From positions 1,488,001 to 1,552,000 of the forward strand of contig NW_027361832.1 in the NCBI RefSeq assembly GCF_039654945.1: 64,000 bases of DNA, read 5' to 3'. The notes beneath the pieces are model-generated. The model ran no database searches. It worked only from the letters and a program-made list of their open reading frames with translations, and had not been told where the DNA came from. Made by a program: the position numbers and the translations under genes. This document shows, in pieces, positions 48,150-61,439 of this stretch (positions are counted from its first letter, which is position 1; each line of letters opens with the position of its first letter). This DNA comes from Dendrobates tinctorius. Its lineage: Eukaryota.

Positions 48150-49245
48150 CCTACCCCACAAATCAAACATATGAAGAATACGAGAGATTGTTGTCATATG
48201 TAGTACACAAGCAGTACTCGCCATAAATTCCTTCAGCTTCTTTAATATTACTATAGGCTTCTTCGCGGCCTTGTCTTTTCATTTATTTTTGAGAGACTTC
48301 CAGTTATAGGTAATGTCATTGTTATGCCAGTTTCAAGTCACTTCATGATGACTGACTTCACAATGTTCCTGGTATATGTATATATTTCCTTTGATTATTT
48401 TTTGTACCTTTCTCCTAACTGAAAACTGTAAGCAATGAGATCCCTTTGCTGTGTTGTAAGCTGTTAACGGACCATGACTTTTGCTGTAAAATGCCACTAA
48501 GAAAATGTCAGGAAAATCCTACTAGAACATCTAAACTTTATATGGGAGTTAATCAAAACACTATAAATGATGGCAGCTGTGTACTGACTACTATGTAACC
48601 TGAGTGGAAATGTGATTTGGCTATTTCTGAGCACAACCACATCCCCATTAAAAGAGGGTGTTCACACTTATGTAACCACATTATTTTAGTTTTGTTTTTC
48701 CCTCTGAAAGTTTGTTTCTCAATGGATTTGTACAGATTAGGTGACATTAGAGGTGCAAAAAGTTATGAAATTATTCTTATTGGTCTGGACAAAGGAACAT
48801 CAAGATCTCTGGAGATGAACTTGTAACCTTGAGATTGTTAATATTCAACAATTTTGTTTCACGAGTCCTCAGACAGTTCTCTTTTCCTCTTTCTGTCCTC
48901 CATGGTTAGTGTGGCACACACAGACACACAATGTAAAGATTGAGTCAACTTCTCCCCTTTTTATCTGGTTTGATGTGTGATTTTCATATTGCCCACACCT
49001 GTTACTTGCCACAGGTGAGTTTGAAGGAGCATAATATGCTTGAAAGAAAGTTGTTTACCCACAACTTTGGAAAGGTGCCAACTATTTTGGCTGGCCCTTT
49101 TTTGGGGTTTTCTGTGAAATTATGTTAAAATTTTTTTTTTTTTTTTAAGTTCCAACACACACAAAAGAAGCAAACCTGTGTAATTGCAATACATTTCTCG
49201 GAGAAATACTTAATTTTATGAAACAATTTTAAGGATGCCAACACA
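48150..49245 (-). mobile_element. Degenerate Tc1-like remnants
   Basis: Tc1-type 5' region and transposase N-terminal remnants on the minus strand (~48810-48903). Confidence 0.5.
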
Positions 49246-49574
49246 TCCAAGTTTATATGCTGTATGTAATGTGACTACCTTGGTCCATTAGATATGCAAA
49301 TTTTATCTTAAAAGAGGAAGAGGACTTGAACTCTAGTGCCACCTATTGGAAGTCAATAGCCTTGCCACATAATTTAGGATAAATGCCAAACCAGAATCTC
49401 TATTTGCAGACACTTGTTTTGGGGTGTTTCCACTGCTAAGTGTAAAGCATGAGATCTGAATTTGCTCTATGAGAGGTATCTGGGGTTTAAGGGGTAACGT
49501 CTCTACTTGTGGAGAGTGACATCCTAGGGTAAGGAGATTTATAGTCCAAAGAAACATTGCATGGCCTATAAGTC

Positions 49575-50692
49575 TAATAGTAACATAGCTGGCAAGGCTG
49601 AAAAAAGACATTAGTCCATCCAGTTCAACCTATGTTCCATCAGAATAAATCCCCAGATTTACGTCCTTCTAAAGAACCTAATACCTGTAAGATACAATAT
49701 TGTTAGGCTCCAGGAAGACATCCAGGCCTCTCTTGAACCCCTCGACTGAGTTCGCCATCACCACCTCCTCAGGCAGGGAATCCCAGATTCTCACTGCTCT
49801 AACAGTAAAGTATCCTCTTCTATGTTGGTGGAAAAACCTTCTCTCCTCCAGACACAGAGAATGCCCCTTGTGACCATCACCTTCCTTGGTATAAACAGAT
49901 CCCCGGAGAGATATTTGTATTGTCCCCTTATATACTTATACATGGTTGTTAGGTTGCCCCTCAGTCGCCTTTTTTTCTAGACTAAATAATCCTAATTTTG
50001 CTAATCTCTCTGGGTATTGTAGTTCCCTCATCCCCTTTATTAATTTTGTTGCCCTCCTTTGTACCCGCTCTAGTTCCATTATATCCTTCCTGAGCACCGG
50101 TGCCCAAAACTGTACACAGTACTCCATGTGCGATCTAACCAGGGATTTGTACAGAGGCAGTATAATGCTCTCATCACGTGTATACAGACCTCTTTTAATG
50201 CACCCCATGATCCTGTTTGCCTTGGCAGCCAGTGCCTGGCACTGGCTCCTCCAGGTAAGTTTTTCATTAACTAGGATCCAAAAGTCCTTCTCCATGTCAG
50301 ATTTACCCAGTGGTTTCCCGTTCAGTGTGTAATGGTGATACTCATTCCTTCTTCTCATGTGTATAACCTTACATTTATCATTGTTAAACTGCATCTGCCA
50401 CCTTTCAGCCCAAGTTCCCAACTTATCCAGATCCATCTGTAGCAGAATACTATCTTCTCTTGTATTGACTGCCTTACATAGTTTTGTATCATCTGCAAAT
50501 ATCAATATTTTACTCTGTAAACCTTCTACCAGATCGTTAATAAATATGTTGAAGAGAATAGGTCCCAACACCGACCCCTGCTGTACCCCACTGGTCACAG
50601 CGACCCAGTTAGAGAATATACCATTTATAACCACCCTTTGCTTTCTATCACTAAGCCAGTTACTTACCCATGTACACACATTTTCCCCCAGA
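49575..50692 (-). mobile_element. CR1 LINE 3' fragment
   Basis: ORF 49936-50679: [42 protein letters not shown]. Confidence 0.94.
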
Positions 50693-50791
50693 CCTTACCC
50701 TGACCCTGGCATGTCACTCTCCATGTGGAGAGACGTTATCGCTTAGACCTTAGTCTATTAGATAACGACAATATTTTCTCCCTCTCTGCAG

Positions 50792-50925
50792 GCGTCCGAG
50801 ATGTTCACGCAGACCACGCAGCCAGCCACATAGGGAAAGCACAAGGTATCATCACGTGTCTAAGAGCCGTTCCGTTTCACAGCAGCAAGCGTCAGGTGTT
50901 CCTCCCTGTCGACATCTGCATTCTG
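50792..50925 (+). CDS. NDUFAF6: NDUFAF6 exon 6 ([25 protein letters not shown]...FLPVDICIL); later exons lie beyond the window
   Basis: Matches human [21 protein letters not shown]; 134 nt, AG/GT, phase 1 to 0. Confidence 0.96.
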
Positions 50926-52155
50926 GTACGTGTACACTTCCATTCACACTGTACGCTGTGTGCTCTCGCGCTTTGTCTGGAATGAAAGGTAAAATGATGA
51001 CTGGCAGTATTTACAGTCCCTTAGTTTGAAAATTGTTTCATTAAAGAACAATGTGCCTGTTTCTCTCTGTTCAGTAGTTATTTTACTTTCTTCCACTTAC
51101 TTTTTCCCTTACTGTAATGGTCCAGCACATTAGACATTTTCCTCCATTGTTTGTCATGGCAACATCCTTGTATTTCGTCTGGAAAAAAAAGAAAACTCCG
51201 CAGACAAAGACAAACATGAGATAATAATCTGTCAATGACTTTAAGGATGACAACTATGTTCATTACTGTCTGTTCTGTCAGGGATTTCTAATCCTCCCCA
51301 GGACAGACTGGTTTGTTAACCTTTTTTTGGCCGTGGCCTGGACGCTCCACACTTAAGACCCGGTGTGTCTGAGAACTGTTTAAAATGTTTTTCTTTTATG
51401 AACAGAGCTTCCTGCTGATGACACGTAAGGCTATGTGCACATAGAGGGTTTTTTTTTAATGTTTGGGCTCTGAAAAATATTTGAAAAATCACTTTAAAGA
51501 CTCTTCCTTTTTCATGTCAGATATTCCCTCCACCTTCACTAAAGCCCCAGTTCTAGCTGCCAAAAAATAACCCCAAATCATAATGCTGCCTCCACTATGC
51601 TTCACAGTGGGGATGTTGTTTAGTCATGCACAATATTGGCTTTCTACCAGGTCTGTTGGTCATATTTTCCATTTTTTAGTGTTTTTATTACACTTTGGGT
51701 TTTATAAACACCTGATGGAAAAAAAATTTGTATGTCTCTTCTTTGAAGCTTCTCCCCTTCTATCTATCTATATAGGACGTGACAGTTGCTACGGATACAA
51801 TTCTATATCAGTAATGGGAAAGTTTAACTTCACTGACTACAGATTTTACCTCAGAATTTAGAATTTTCATAACGACTGATCAATTTAGGCAGAGAAGGAA
51901 GCATTTTTTTCTGATAAGATCTATTGCAAAGTTGCTTATTTTTATGTGTACTATTGACTCATGAAATAAAAATGTAAACATTGGATACTCTTTACGTTAA
52001 GTTACTAGAAAAAAAAGTTATGTTCGGCTATTAGCGCCATCCTAGCAGCTCCACATTGGAGATCGTTTTATGTTTTGGCCTGTCATTAGTGCTGTGTTTG
52101 TGCGAGGCTGGCTCACGGAGCATTTCAGTAGTTAAGCCAGCCTCTTTCTGTGTTA

Positions 52156-52556
52156 GGGTCCCATCACACCAAACGATGCACCAGCGATCCCGACAACGAT
52201 ACGACCTTGTCAGGATCGCTGGTGCATCACTACATGATCGCTGGTGAGCTGCCAAACAGGCAGACACACCAGCGATCAGGACAAGTGAGGATGCTGGTAT
52301 CCAAGGTAGATATCGGGTAACTAAGCGCTGCACTTAGTTACCCGTTGTTTACCTTGGATACCATCTCCCAGCGTCTGCTTAGAGCGCTGGGAGCTCGCTG
52401 ATCGCTGTTCTCCCGCTGCCACACGCAGCGTGGCCCAGGACATTCCTGCACGATCAGCAATACCCGACTGGGGGGCCGGTCGCTTATGCGTGCCACACAC
52501 AGCGAGATCGCCGATGCGTCACAAAATCAGCAATCTCGCTATGTGTGACGGGCTCC
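52156..52556. mobile_element. Harbinger-type MITE
   Basis: TTA TSD; GGGTCCCATCACAC / GTGTGACGGGCTCC TIR; CAGCGAT repeats. Confidence 0.82.
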
Positions 52557-52760
52557 TTACAGATAAACCATACAACAAGGCCTATAAAAGACTTCGTATT
52601 AACTAGACTTCAAACCAAAAAATAAAGGAAGTATGGACCACAATTTCATAACAGACATTCAATTTGGTTAAAACCAACATTTATTTGGTCATGAATAAAA
52701 TACATATTAAATAAACATGGCAGCTTGATGTGAATACCTGAGTATATAAATATATACTTA

Positions 52761-52800
52761 CCCCCCTATTGAAGAAGCTCACGCGAAACGCGCGTCGGGG
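52761..52800 (+). ncRNA. Minimal type I hammerhead-ribozyme-like motif (Penelope type, degenerate)
   Basis: CCCC..TTGAAGA-AGC TCAC GC-GAAAC-GCGC-GTC-GGGG: core with a C3U variant, 2-bp stem II, palindromic stem III, GUC site and imperfect stem I. Confidence 0.5.
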
Positions 52801-53953
52801 AACGTCTGCCACTAACAGGTCAGGTATTCACATCAAGCTGCCATGTTTATTTAATGTGCTGGTTCTTCACTGTGATTATGGGCTTTTCCATACAGAGACA
52901 TGCTTTACCATGGTTGGAGATGATTGAGTTTAATTAACTCTGAGGCTGTTTATTTGTATACCGCCACCAGGCAATTTATACATAATCACATAAATGATAT
53001 TTATATCTTATTGCACTTTGCACTTTAAGAAAGAGATATATATATTCCTTTGACAATCAACTCTCAGCCTGTCTATTTTTGCCCTTAAGCAGTTGTCCTG
53101 GGTAACTTCAGCTTGCAACCCATATTAAACATATTTTTCTGGCAGTTTCTTTTATTAGTCCTTTTGGAATCAAATGCCAGATATTGATCACAGTATCTGG
53201 GGACAATGTTATTAATTTTTATATTTAAGAGTGGTGCACAGGTGTCATAAACATATCGCATGATGTTATTATTAGTGCATATTTTCTGTAGACATATATC
53301 CTGTGCACTATAGTAATACTATATAAAATTACATTCTTCCCTGTATTTGTCCATTGTGATACCCTTGTTAGTGGTTATATTGTGCACCGTGTATCTCTAT
53401 TTTTTGTGATTTATACAATGAGTATGTATTTTATTCATGCCCAAATAAATGTTGGTTTTGTTTGTTTTAATGTTTTATTTATTGAAATCTGCAAGTTACA
53501 TCCGAAAGAAAGCAATCAACAAAGTAGCTTACAAAATTATTATATAACCTACAAATTCCACTTTTCGGGAGTTAAACAGATGGTTTGAAATATCAATTCA
53601 TGGCAAAAACTATTGATATATAGAGGTTTAAGGACAACAACAGCCTTAAAGGAACTTCCAGCAGCAGGATTATCTGGGTTCAAATCTGGGTTCTTCCCAT
53701 CCACACGCCCCTGCTACATCACATATGCCATGATTTCAAACAAAGATGAAGAAGAACAAAAAAGAAGAAAAGAGAAAAAAAAAAACAGTATAGGGAGTAA
53801 AGGGACAGGAGGTCAAGTAATTAGAGGGAGAAGTTGGGAGATAGGGGTGGAATATAGGGGAAGTAAGGGGAGGGGGGGGGGAGAGGGGAACACTAGGCAA
53901 CAAGGGTTTCGTCCACTCTGATAAAGCCGAGCAAGGAGGCCACTATAGCCTTA

Positions 53954-56900
53954 TTAACTTCTACTAATGGATCTGAATCGGGTCCATGGGTGCCATACTC
54001 TTTCAAAAGCTGAAAGTGAGCCATTCACCAAGGCAGCCAGTTTGGCTACTTGATATAGCATATCTACCTTCTCTTGCAATTGGGATATAGATGGAGTGGT
54101 AGTTGTCTTCCAGTTCATAGGTATCAAAAGTTTCGCTGCTGAAAGAATGTGTTGAGTCAACAGAGCAGTATTCTTATGTCCAGTCGGTGACAGAAAATTT
54201 AAGAGCACTATCTCCGGTGTCAATGTAAGCTTTTTGCCCACAATTTCCCCAATATAATCCTCTACTAGGCGCCAGAACTGCAGCAGGGGTGGACAGGACC
54301 ACCACATATGTAAGTATGTTCCCTCCGAGTCACAGCATCTCCAGCATCTAGTAGAAGACCCCGTCTGCCAATAAGTGTTCTGCTGTGGTGTAATATACCA
54401 TCTGGCGACTATTTTAAAAGAATTCTCTTGTGCTCTAACGCATTGTGATGGGCCATGAGAAGAATTATAAATGTGTGATATTTGATTTGGGGTAAACTTG
54501 TATCCCAAATCCTTTTCCCAATGTGTTATATAGGCTCTTTTGAGGCAACAGTCAGTTATATTTAAAACCTGGTAAATAGACGACATTATCTTTTTGGGTT
54601 TATCCTTTGTTGCACAGAGAGTCTCAAATGCAGTCAGTGGGCGGGTAACGTCTGCTCCTAAAAGATACTGTGCCAAGGAGTCTCTTATAGAGCCGAATTG
54701 TATAAAGGACAAGTTGGAAAGCCCTGGTTGCTTCTTCAGTTCCTGAAAGGAGGGGAGTGCCCCGTCCGTTAAGAGTTCATCAACCGCTACATTTGCCAGG
54801 GAACCGGGTTTGATTAGATCATTGTCTCGGGAATAAGATGCGTGTGGCATTATATCTGCCAACTTGAGTAAGGGGGACAAAGGGGGAACTAGAGTTTTCA
54901 CCAATCCCTTCCATAATTTTAAGGTAGCTTTGGTGTGTATATTAGGTAAATTTTTGTTTATGTTTTTACAAGGATATGCCAAAAGGATGGATCTCAGGGG
55001 ATAAGGTGCTAGTGCTTCCTCCACCTCAATCCACTGCTTATTGTTAGGAGACCGCAACAGGTCTACCACTCTGGTAAGCATTGTCGCTTGGTAGTACCTT
55101 ACTATGTCTGGTGCACCCATCCCACCCCTCGATTTGTTTAATGTTAATGTCCTGTATGCTAATCGGGGCTTTTGCTTTTTCCAAACATATCTGCGGAATA
55201 ATGTATTAATTTTAAGAAGATACGATTTGGGGATGGTTATAGGGAGCATTTGGAAGATATATATGAACTTGGGTAAGATTAGGCTCTTCAGTAAATTTTT
55301 CCTTCCCATCCACGACACATACGAGTCCCTCCATGATTTCATGATGGTTTCTACTGAGGCAATTAGGGGGGGAATATTCTGTTGAAAAAGGTCTCTATCC
55401 GATCTTCCTATCTTTACACCTAAATATTTGATATATTGTTTTGGCCAGGTGAATGGGTATGTACTTTTTAGTTTAACTAAGGTATTCGGGGATATATGTA
55501 TGTCTAGCGCTTCCGACTTAGACATATTTACTTTAAAATTGGAAATTTTGCTATATTGATCTATGAGATCCATCAATGTTGGGAGTCCCAGCAAAGGATT
55601 AGTCATCAAGACTAAGAGATCGTCCGCAAATGCCGCTATTTTATAGTGTGTCTTATTGATACGAATACCCTCTATTCCCTCATGTATTTGTATGGCCTTT
55701 AAGAGAGGTTCCATTGCTAGCACAAATAACAACGGGGATAGGGGACAGCCCTGTCTTGTTCCGTTCTTTATAGTAAATGCATCTGTTGTAAAATCGTTAA
55801 TCCTAATATGTGCCTTGGGCTTATCGTACATTGCCATTACGGCTGCTATAAACGCTTCGGGTATCTCAAACTTGATCAGCACTTCCCGTAGGTATACCCA
55901 GTCCACCCTGTCAAAGGCCTTCTCTGCATCTGTTCCAAGAAGCATCAATGGGAGTTTACGATTTTTTGCGTATTGAAGAAGGTGTAATACTTTGTGGACA
56001 TTATCCCTTCCCTCCCTTCCACCCACAAACCCGGTCTGATTTAAGGAAATCAAATTTGGCAATGACTTGGCCATTCTTTTTGCCATCAGCCCTGCTAGGA
56101 TTTTTAGGTCCACATTAAGGAGAGAGATTGGCCTATAGCTACTACATTGTTCAGGATCCTTCCCCTCTTTGTGTATTAGGGATATTCTGGCTGTAAGCAT
56201 TTGGTTTGGCAATGGGTGGCCTTGTAAAACTGCGTTGAAAACGTTCAATAAATGTGGGAGTAGGAGGCCAGAGAAGGATTTATAGTAAAGTGCTGAGAAT
56301 CCATCTGGACCGGGCGCTTTCCCCTTCGGGCACTTTGACAGGGCGGACTGCAACTCCCCTAGTGAAAAAGGTCTAGTGAGATATTGTTTTTGGGAATCAG
56401 ACAAGACAGGCAGATCTAAAGTGCTTAGGAAGGACCTAGTGTCCATGCTTCTTTTAAGTGCGGAATCGGCGTTATCTTCCGGACGGAGATTATATAATTT
56501 CTTATAGTAGTCAAGGAATGCCCGCTCCATGTGCTCAGGAGTTTGCGAGCTTAACCCTTGTTCATTCTTGATTGAGTTAATCAGCGTACGTGACTGCCGC
56601 TTCCTTAGTTGTGATAACATTAATTTGGATGCTTTGTCTCCATGGACGTACATTCTGTTTTTCCATGTTGCATAGAGCTTAAGCAGATCTCGAGTTTAAT
56701 ATGTCTTTAAGTTGCTGTCTTTTTTGTTGCAGCTTCTCTAAGCTATGTTGATCTATTTTATGTTTATGTGTAAGCTCCAGCTGTGATATACTATCATAAA
56801 GATCCTGGATTTCTTTTTGTTGAAGTTTATTTAGAAAGGAAGTGATAGATATCAACTCCCCTCTGACAACTGACTTATGTGCTTCCCATAGTATCTGTGA

Positions 56901-57758
56901 GGAAATTTCTGGTGAAGCATTTTGCTCAAAATATTGGGAAAGCACTTTGTTTATACGTGTCTGTACCTCGGTACTTCCAAGTACTGACTCATTGAGCCGC
57001 CATACTCTATGTCGGGGAAAGGCTTTAGATAATGAGAATTTTAACAAAACCGAAGAGTGATCGGAATAAATATTCGGGATTATTTTCGCCTGTTGTATAT
57101 TGGCAAGCATTTTACTGGATATAAAAATATAGTCTAAACGGTGGTAAGATTTATGAGGGTGGGAGTAGAAGGTGTAGTCTCGGTCAGAGGGGTTTAGATA
57201 TCTCCATGTGTCAATCAATTGTAGAGATCCCAATTGTGACTTTATTCTGTATAGATCTTTAGGTGAGAGCGAACTTTTCTGTTTGGTCGTGTCTAGCAAA
57301 GGCTCTAATGCAACATTCAAGTCCCCACCCACTATCAATGCACCCTCTCTAAAGCCATCAATTTTTCTCAGTGTTGAGAGTACCCATCTCAATAGTTTTT
57401 TATTTGGTGCGTATAAACTGCACAATGTTACAAGGGCACCGTTTAGTAGACCTTTAACAAAGATGTAACGACCCTGAGGGTCCGCCATAGTTTCTCTTAG
57501 CTGGAAGGGCACTCCCCTTGCCACTGCTATTGACACTCCTCTGGAACCGGATTGGGTGGTTGTCGCATGAAACCATTTATCATATATCGAGCTTTCAAAG
57601 GAGGGCAATTTATCCGGTTTGAAGTGCGTTTCCTGAATAAGCAATACTGCTGCCTGCTGTTTTTTGAATAGCTGTAATGTGTGGCGTCTAGTGTTTGGAG
57701 AATTCAGCCCATGTGCGTTAAAAGAGATGAATGTGTGTACCTTATCCGAATCCATCAT
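53954..57758 (-). CDS. L1 ORF2p (APE endonuclease, RT, CCHC), ~1270 aa, broken by one +1 frameshift at ~56681
   Basis: SFNAHGLN, QETH, GGDLN, RLDYIF, SDH; DAEKAFDRV, GTRQGCPLSP, FADD; CWRC...HMWWSC; removing one T in GCT-T-AAG joins the two ORFs. Confidence 0.92.
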
Positions 57759-58261
57759 GTTTCTGTACACAGCAGCATCCTTGCAGCTCACGACGGAGAC
57801 GAATCCCTGTGCCTATGGGAGTGGGGAGGGGGTCTAGGACAAGTAGACCAGACGAAAGAAAGAAAAGGGTAGAGAAAACAAAAAGGTGAAGAGGGGGAGA
57901 ACACAATATTAACATTATCCATGTTATTATGTTGCACAATATCATTGACCAATATGCCAACGTACCATAGTTACCTACTAACATTGTTTCATAGAGTGCC
58001 AGCTTGAGGAAAATTCCAATCAACCTTATAAACTAAATATGAAATATGAAATGCTCCATTCTAGGAGAATGCCCAGTTTGGGCTGTAACTAGATCTAGGT
58101 TGAAACCTTACAACGAATTATTGGATGGATGTGGCAGCAGTGCTTACCCATATTTGGAAAAGCACGCCAACCCCATCAGATTTGCTTCAACCATACTCAA
58201 TACCCCAACTGGGGTAGACACCAAGAAAACTTAACTGCAAAATCTGGGTCTAACCCAAAGA

Positions 58262-59335
58262 TCAAGTATTGTCTCTGGAGTCCTTAGGAAGCGAGGTCTT
58301 TGTCAGCTTCCTTTTCAGCCTTTGTGATTTTGGCGTCAGGGCTATCTGCCACGCCGGGTCATCTGGTAGCGGGTGCAATAGGGTCGCCGAATGGAAGGAC
58401 TCCAGGTCCGGGTAGGCCTCCAGCTCAATCCCCAAGGATTCACATGCCTCTTTGATGTCTTGTGATGTTCTTGCTGAGATACCTTTGTCTCCATTTGTGA
58501 TATGTACTCCAAATGGGAACAACCATCTAAAACGGATGCCTTTTTTTATCAATGCTTCAGTGAACGGTTTCAAGATCCTCCGCTTCCTGAGAGTGCTAGC
58601 CGATAAATCCTGGAAAAGTTTAATTTGTGAGCCTTCATACGAGATCTCCTGCGCCTCCCGCGCTCTGCGAAGAACTAAGTCTTTTGCTCGATAATCGAGG
58701 AAGCGACAGATCACATCTCGTGGAGTTTCCCCTTGAGAAGGCCTCGGACGCAATGCTCTGTGTACTCTCACCAGTTCGATTTCCTGTGGATCTGATTCAT
58801 TAAGTAGATCTTTGAATATCTCTTGTGTTGCTTTCCATAACGCCTCAAAGGCCACCGTTTCAGAAAGGCCTTTAACTCTTATGTTGTTACGACGTTCTCT
58901 GTTTTCATGATCTTCTAGCACCGTGTGAATTGTATGTAGTTGGAGTTCATGGACTTTTAAAGAGTCTAGTACAGCGTTCGAACTTTGTGTCATGGCAACT
59001 TGCGAATTTTCCAATGTCTCAAGTCTGTGGCCTTGAAGTTTTAGGTCGTGTTTTATCTCTGCAAGTTCTTGTCCTATTGGCTCAAGAGCTTTAGACAATA
59101 TACGTTTGATGAACGAACGAGTGACTAAGGCCTCTCTCGCTGTGCTGCCCGTGTCAGAGTCACTCTCCGGTTCAGAATCTGAATCTTCTAATGAGGTCAA
59201 ATCACGAAGCTTGGGTGGTTTAAGAGAATCTGACGGAACCGTTTGTTTTTTAAGAAAGTCATCCATGTCTGTTTGCGTAGTGGACTTTGTAGGTTTGGGC
59301 ATGCTCTTTTGCGTTTTTACGCTGGATCTCCCCAT
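58262..59335 (-). CDS. L1 ORF1p, 357 aa, intact
   Basis: Coiled-coil region, EDHENRERRNNIRVKGLSE, RVHRAL, PRDVICRF, LFQDLS, WLFPFG. Confidence 0.95.
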   Translation of the reverse strand: MGRSSVKTQKSMPKPTKSTTQTDMDDFLKKQTVPSDSLKPPKLRDLTSLEDSDSEPESDSDTGSTAREALVTRSFIKRILSKALEPIGQELAEIKHDLKLQGHRLETLENSQVAMTQSSNAVLDSLKVHELQLHTIHTVLEDHENRERRNNIRVKGLSETVAFEALWKATQEIFKDLLNESDPQEIELVRVHRALRPRPSQGETPRDVICRFLDYRAKDLVLRRAREAQEISYEGSQIKLFQDLSASTLRKRRILKPFTEALIKKGIRFRWLFPFGVHITNGDKGISARTSQDIKEACESLGIELEAYPDLESFHSATLLHPLPDDPAWQIALTPKSQRLKRKLTKTSLPKDSRDNT

Positions 59336-60754
59336 TTTTGCAGTTATCTAAAGCAGAGAAGAATAGAGCAGTTTGAAGATTAGAATTCCTCTCGCTGGCT
59401 ATGAATTTAGCTAATGTTCCATTTTATGCCCAATCTTATAAGTGATAAACAATGGAAAGAGATGTCGTTCTGGCTCTGGTCACTAGATGGCAGTCTATAA
59501 CCACTTTCTGCTGGTTTTCTAGAGAATCCTCTCTTATATCCGTTCAGCTAGGTATAACATGGGTTAATTAGATAGCAGATAAGGGGGGAGGAAAGGTGTA
59601 GGGACAGCACTGGTGGGGGGGGGAGCGCTTAATACAGATCTAAGGCTCCTTATATTACTCCCTTCACTCCTCGCACCCCTCGGGTCAGACAGTCTCAGGC
59701 CCTCACTTGATTAATTGATTATCTCCTTTATTGCTACGGAGTTAGGGAGAATGGCCATGCTCTCCTGATCCTCTGTCCCCTGAATCAGACCCCCCTGCTC
59801 AAGACACTCCGTCACCTTGCTTCTGTTATTTCAGCGTTACCTCAGCTCCCGGAGACGCTTGAATCCCTCAGATCTCTCTCACTGATTGCAGAGAGGGGAG
59901 GAGGCTGAAGCGTGCCGCTGCACGTCTATTCTAGGTCCCGGGCCGCGTGTCTTCTGCAAGCCCGACGGGACTATTTTCAATGCTGCGGCGTGATACACAC
60001 TCTCTGTAGCCGTCCCCCAGCTATGAGAACAGTAGCGATTTTGTGTGTCCTGGTCTGGGGATTTCGCAATGGTACCTTATCTGCAGGGGAGGGTTAGCTC
60101 CGGGGTCTCTCTTATCTGACAGCCTTAGGTCAGGGGTGAAGTCTTCTGCTCGAGGCGATGGTGCTGTTAGCAGTATATCCTTCCGCCACTCCGGCAATCT
60201 CCCGCCTGCAGGGCCTCAGTTAGATGAATCCCTTCTTTATCCCGAACGTGACTCGCCACCCAGGGTCTATGCGATCCAGTGGGGTCCTGGTTTGGGTTGT
60301 AATGCGGGGATGGTATAAAAAGAAGGCTCTGGTGATATTAGAGCCCCTTTTGGTGCATTTGTCCGGGAGCTCAGGTTTCCTGCTTCTTGCTCCACCAACG
60401 TTCAGGCTCCGCCCCCCATAAATGTTGGTTTTAACCAAATTGAATGTCCTTACAGATAAGGCCTAGGAAGAGAAGCCGGCTGTTTTCCTAACAAACAGGC
60501 AATCCCTGTATGTGTTGCAGCTGTCGAGACATGCAGTTGCGGCAACTCGACCATAGGATTCAAGCACGGCGAAGATACTATGTTAGCACCTGAGCATGCT
60601 GAGATAACACCTTAACACTATCAAGAATGGCTTAGTTCTATATACCGTATATACTCGTGTATAAGCTGAGTTTTTCAGCACATTTTTTTTTAATGCTGAA
60701 AATGCCCCCCTCGGTTTATACACGAGTCACGGTCCCAGAAAGCCGGAGGAGGAG

Positions 60755-61030
60755 GCGGAGCTGCGGGTCACAGAGCCAGGAGCCGGCAGGGAAGGGGGAG
60801 CTGCGGGTCACAGAGCCAGAAGCCGGCAGGGAAGGGGGAGCAGCGGGTCACAGAGCCAGAAGCCGGCAGGGAAGGGGGAGCAGCGGGTCACAGAGCCAGG
60901 AGCCGGCAGGGAAGGGGGAGCAACGGGTCACAGAGCCAGAAGCCGGCGGATAAGGGGGAGAGGCGGAGCAGTGGGTCACAGAGCCAGGAGCCTGTGGGCG
61001 AGCGGTGGAGCAGCGGGTCACAGCCAGGAG
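60755..61030. repeat. 40-bp tandem repeat, ~6 copies
   Basis: Unit GCGGGTCACAGAGCCAGAAGCCGGCAGGGAAGGGGGAGCA. Confidence 0.92.
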
Positions 61031-61439
61031 CAGGTGGCTGTGGCTAAAGCCTGTGCCGCTGCAGTAATAGCGCACATTGCCAGCCGCAGCGGCCGGCTTC
61101 CAGCACACATACTCACCTGCCTGCACGCCCTCTCTGGCACTGTATCTCATTCCCGCCGCCGGCGCCAGCAGCTCTTCCGGCCGAGCGATCACGTGGCCCC
61201 GCTCATTAAGTTAGTGAATATTCATGCCTCTCCACTCCCATAGGCGTGGAGAGCATATTCATTAACATAATGAGCGGGGCCATGTGATCGCTCGGCCGGA
61301 AGAGCTGCTGGCGCTGGAACGAGATGCAGTGCCATCGAGGGCACACAAGCAAGGTAAATAGGATGTTTTTGTTTTGTTTTTTTTAAACAGGAATCATACA
61401 TAGGGATAAGGGGATAAGGAGCCATGCATACCAGAAGAG

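Larger units (their letters stand above)
53460..60417 (-). mobile_element. Full-length, nearly intact L1 (6.96 kb)
   Basis: 5' GGGGGGCGGAGCC; perfect 15-bp TSD ATAAATGTTGGTTTT (53445-53459, 60418-60432); AATAAA and short A-rich tail; ORF1 and ORF2. Confidence 0.97.
52567..60446. mobile_element. Non-coding Penelope-like insert (inverted pseudo-LTR arrangement) interrupted by L1
   Basis: 13-bp TSD TCCTTACAGATAA at 52554-52566 and 60447-60459; segment ~52655-52741 is the inverted copy of 52819-52855 + 53425-53459 + 60433-60448; hammerhead-like motif at 52761-52800. Confidence 0.65.

Noticed and set aside
52856-53422. GT...AG segment missing from the inverted copy, suggesting a spliced intron
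   Set aside because: The junction differs by one nucleotide from an exact splice and the donor is weak; deletion or template switch is equally likely
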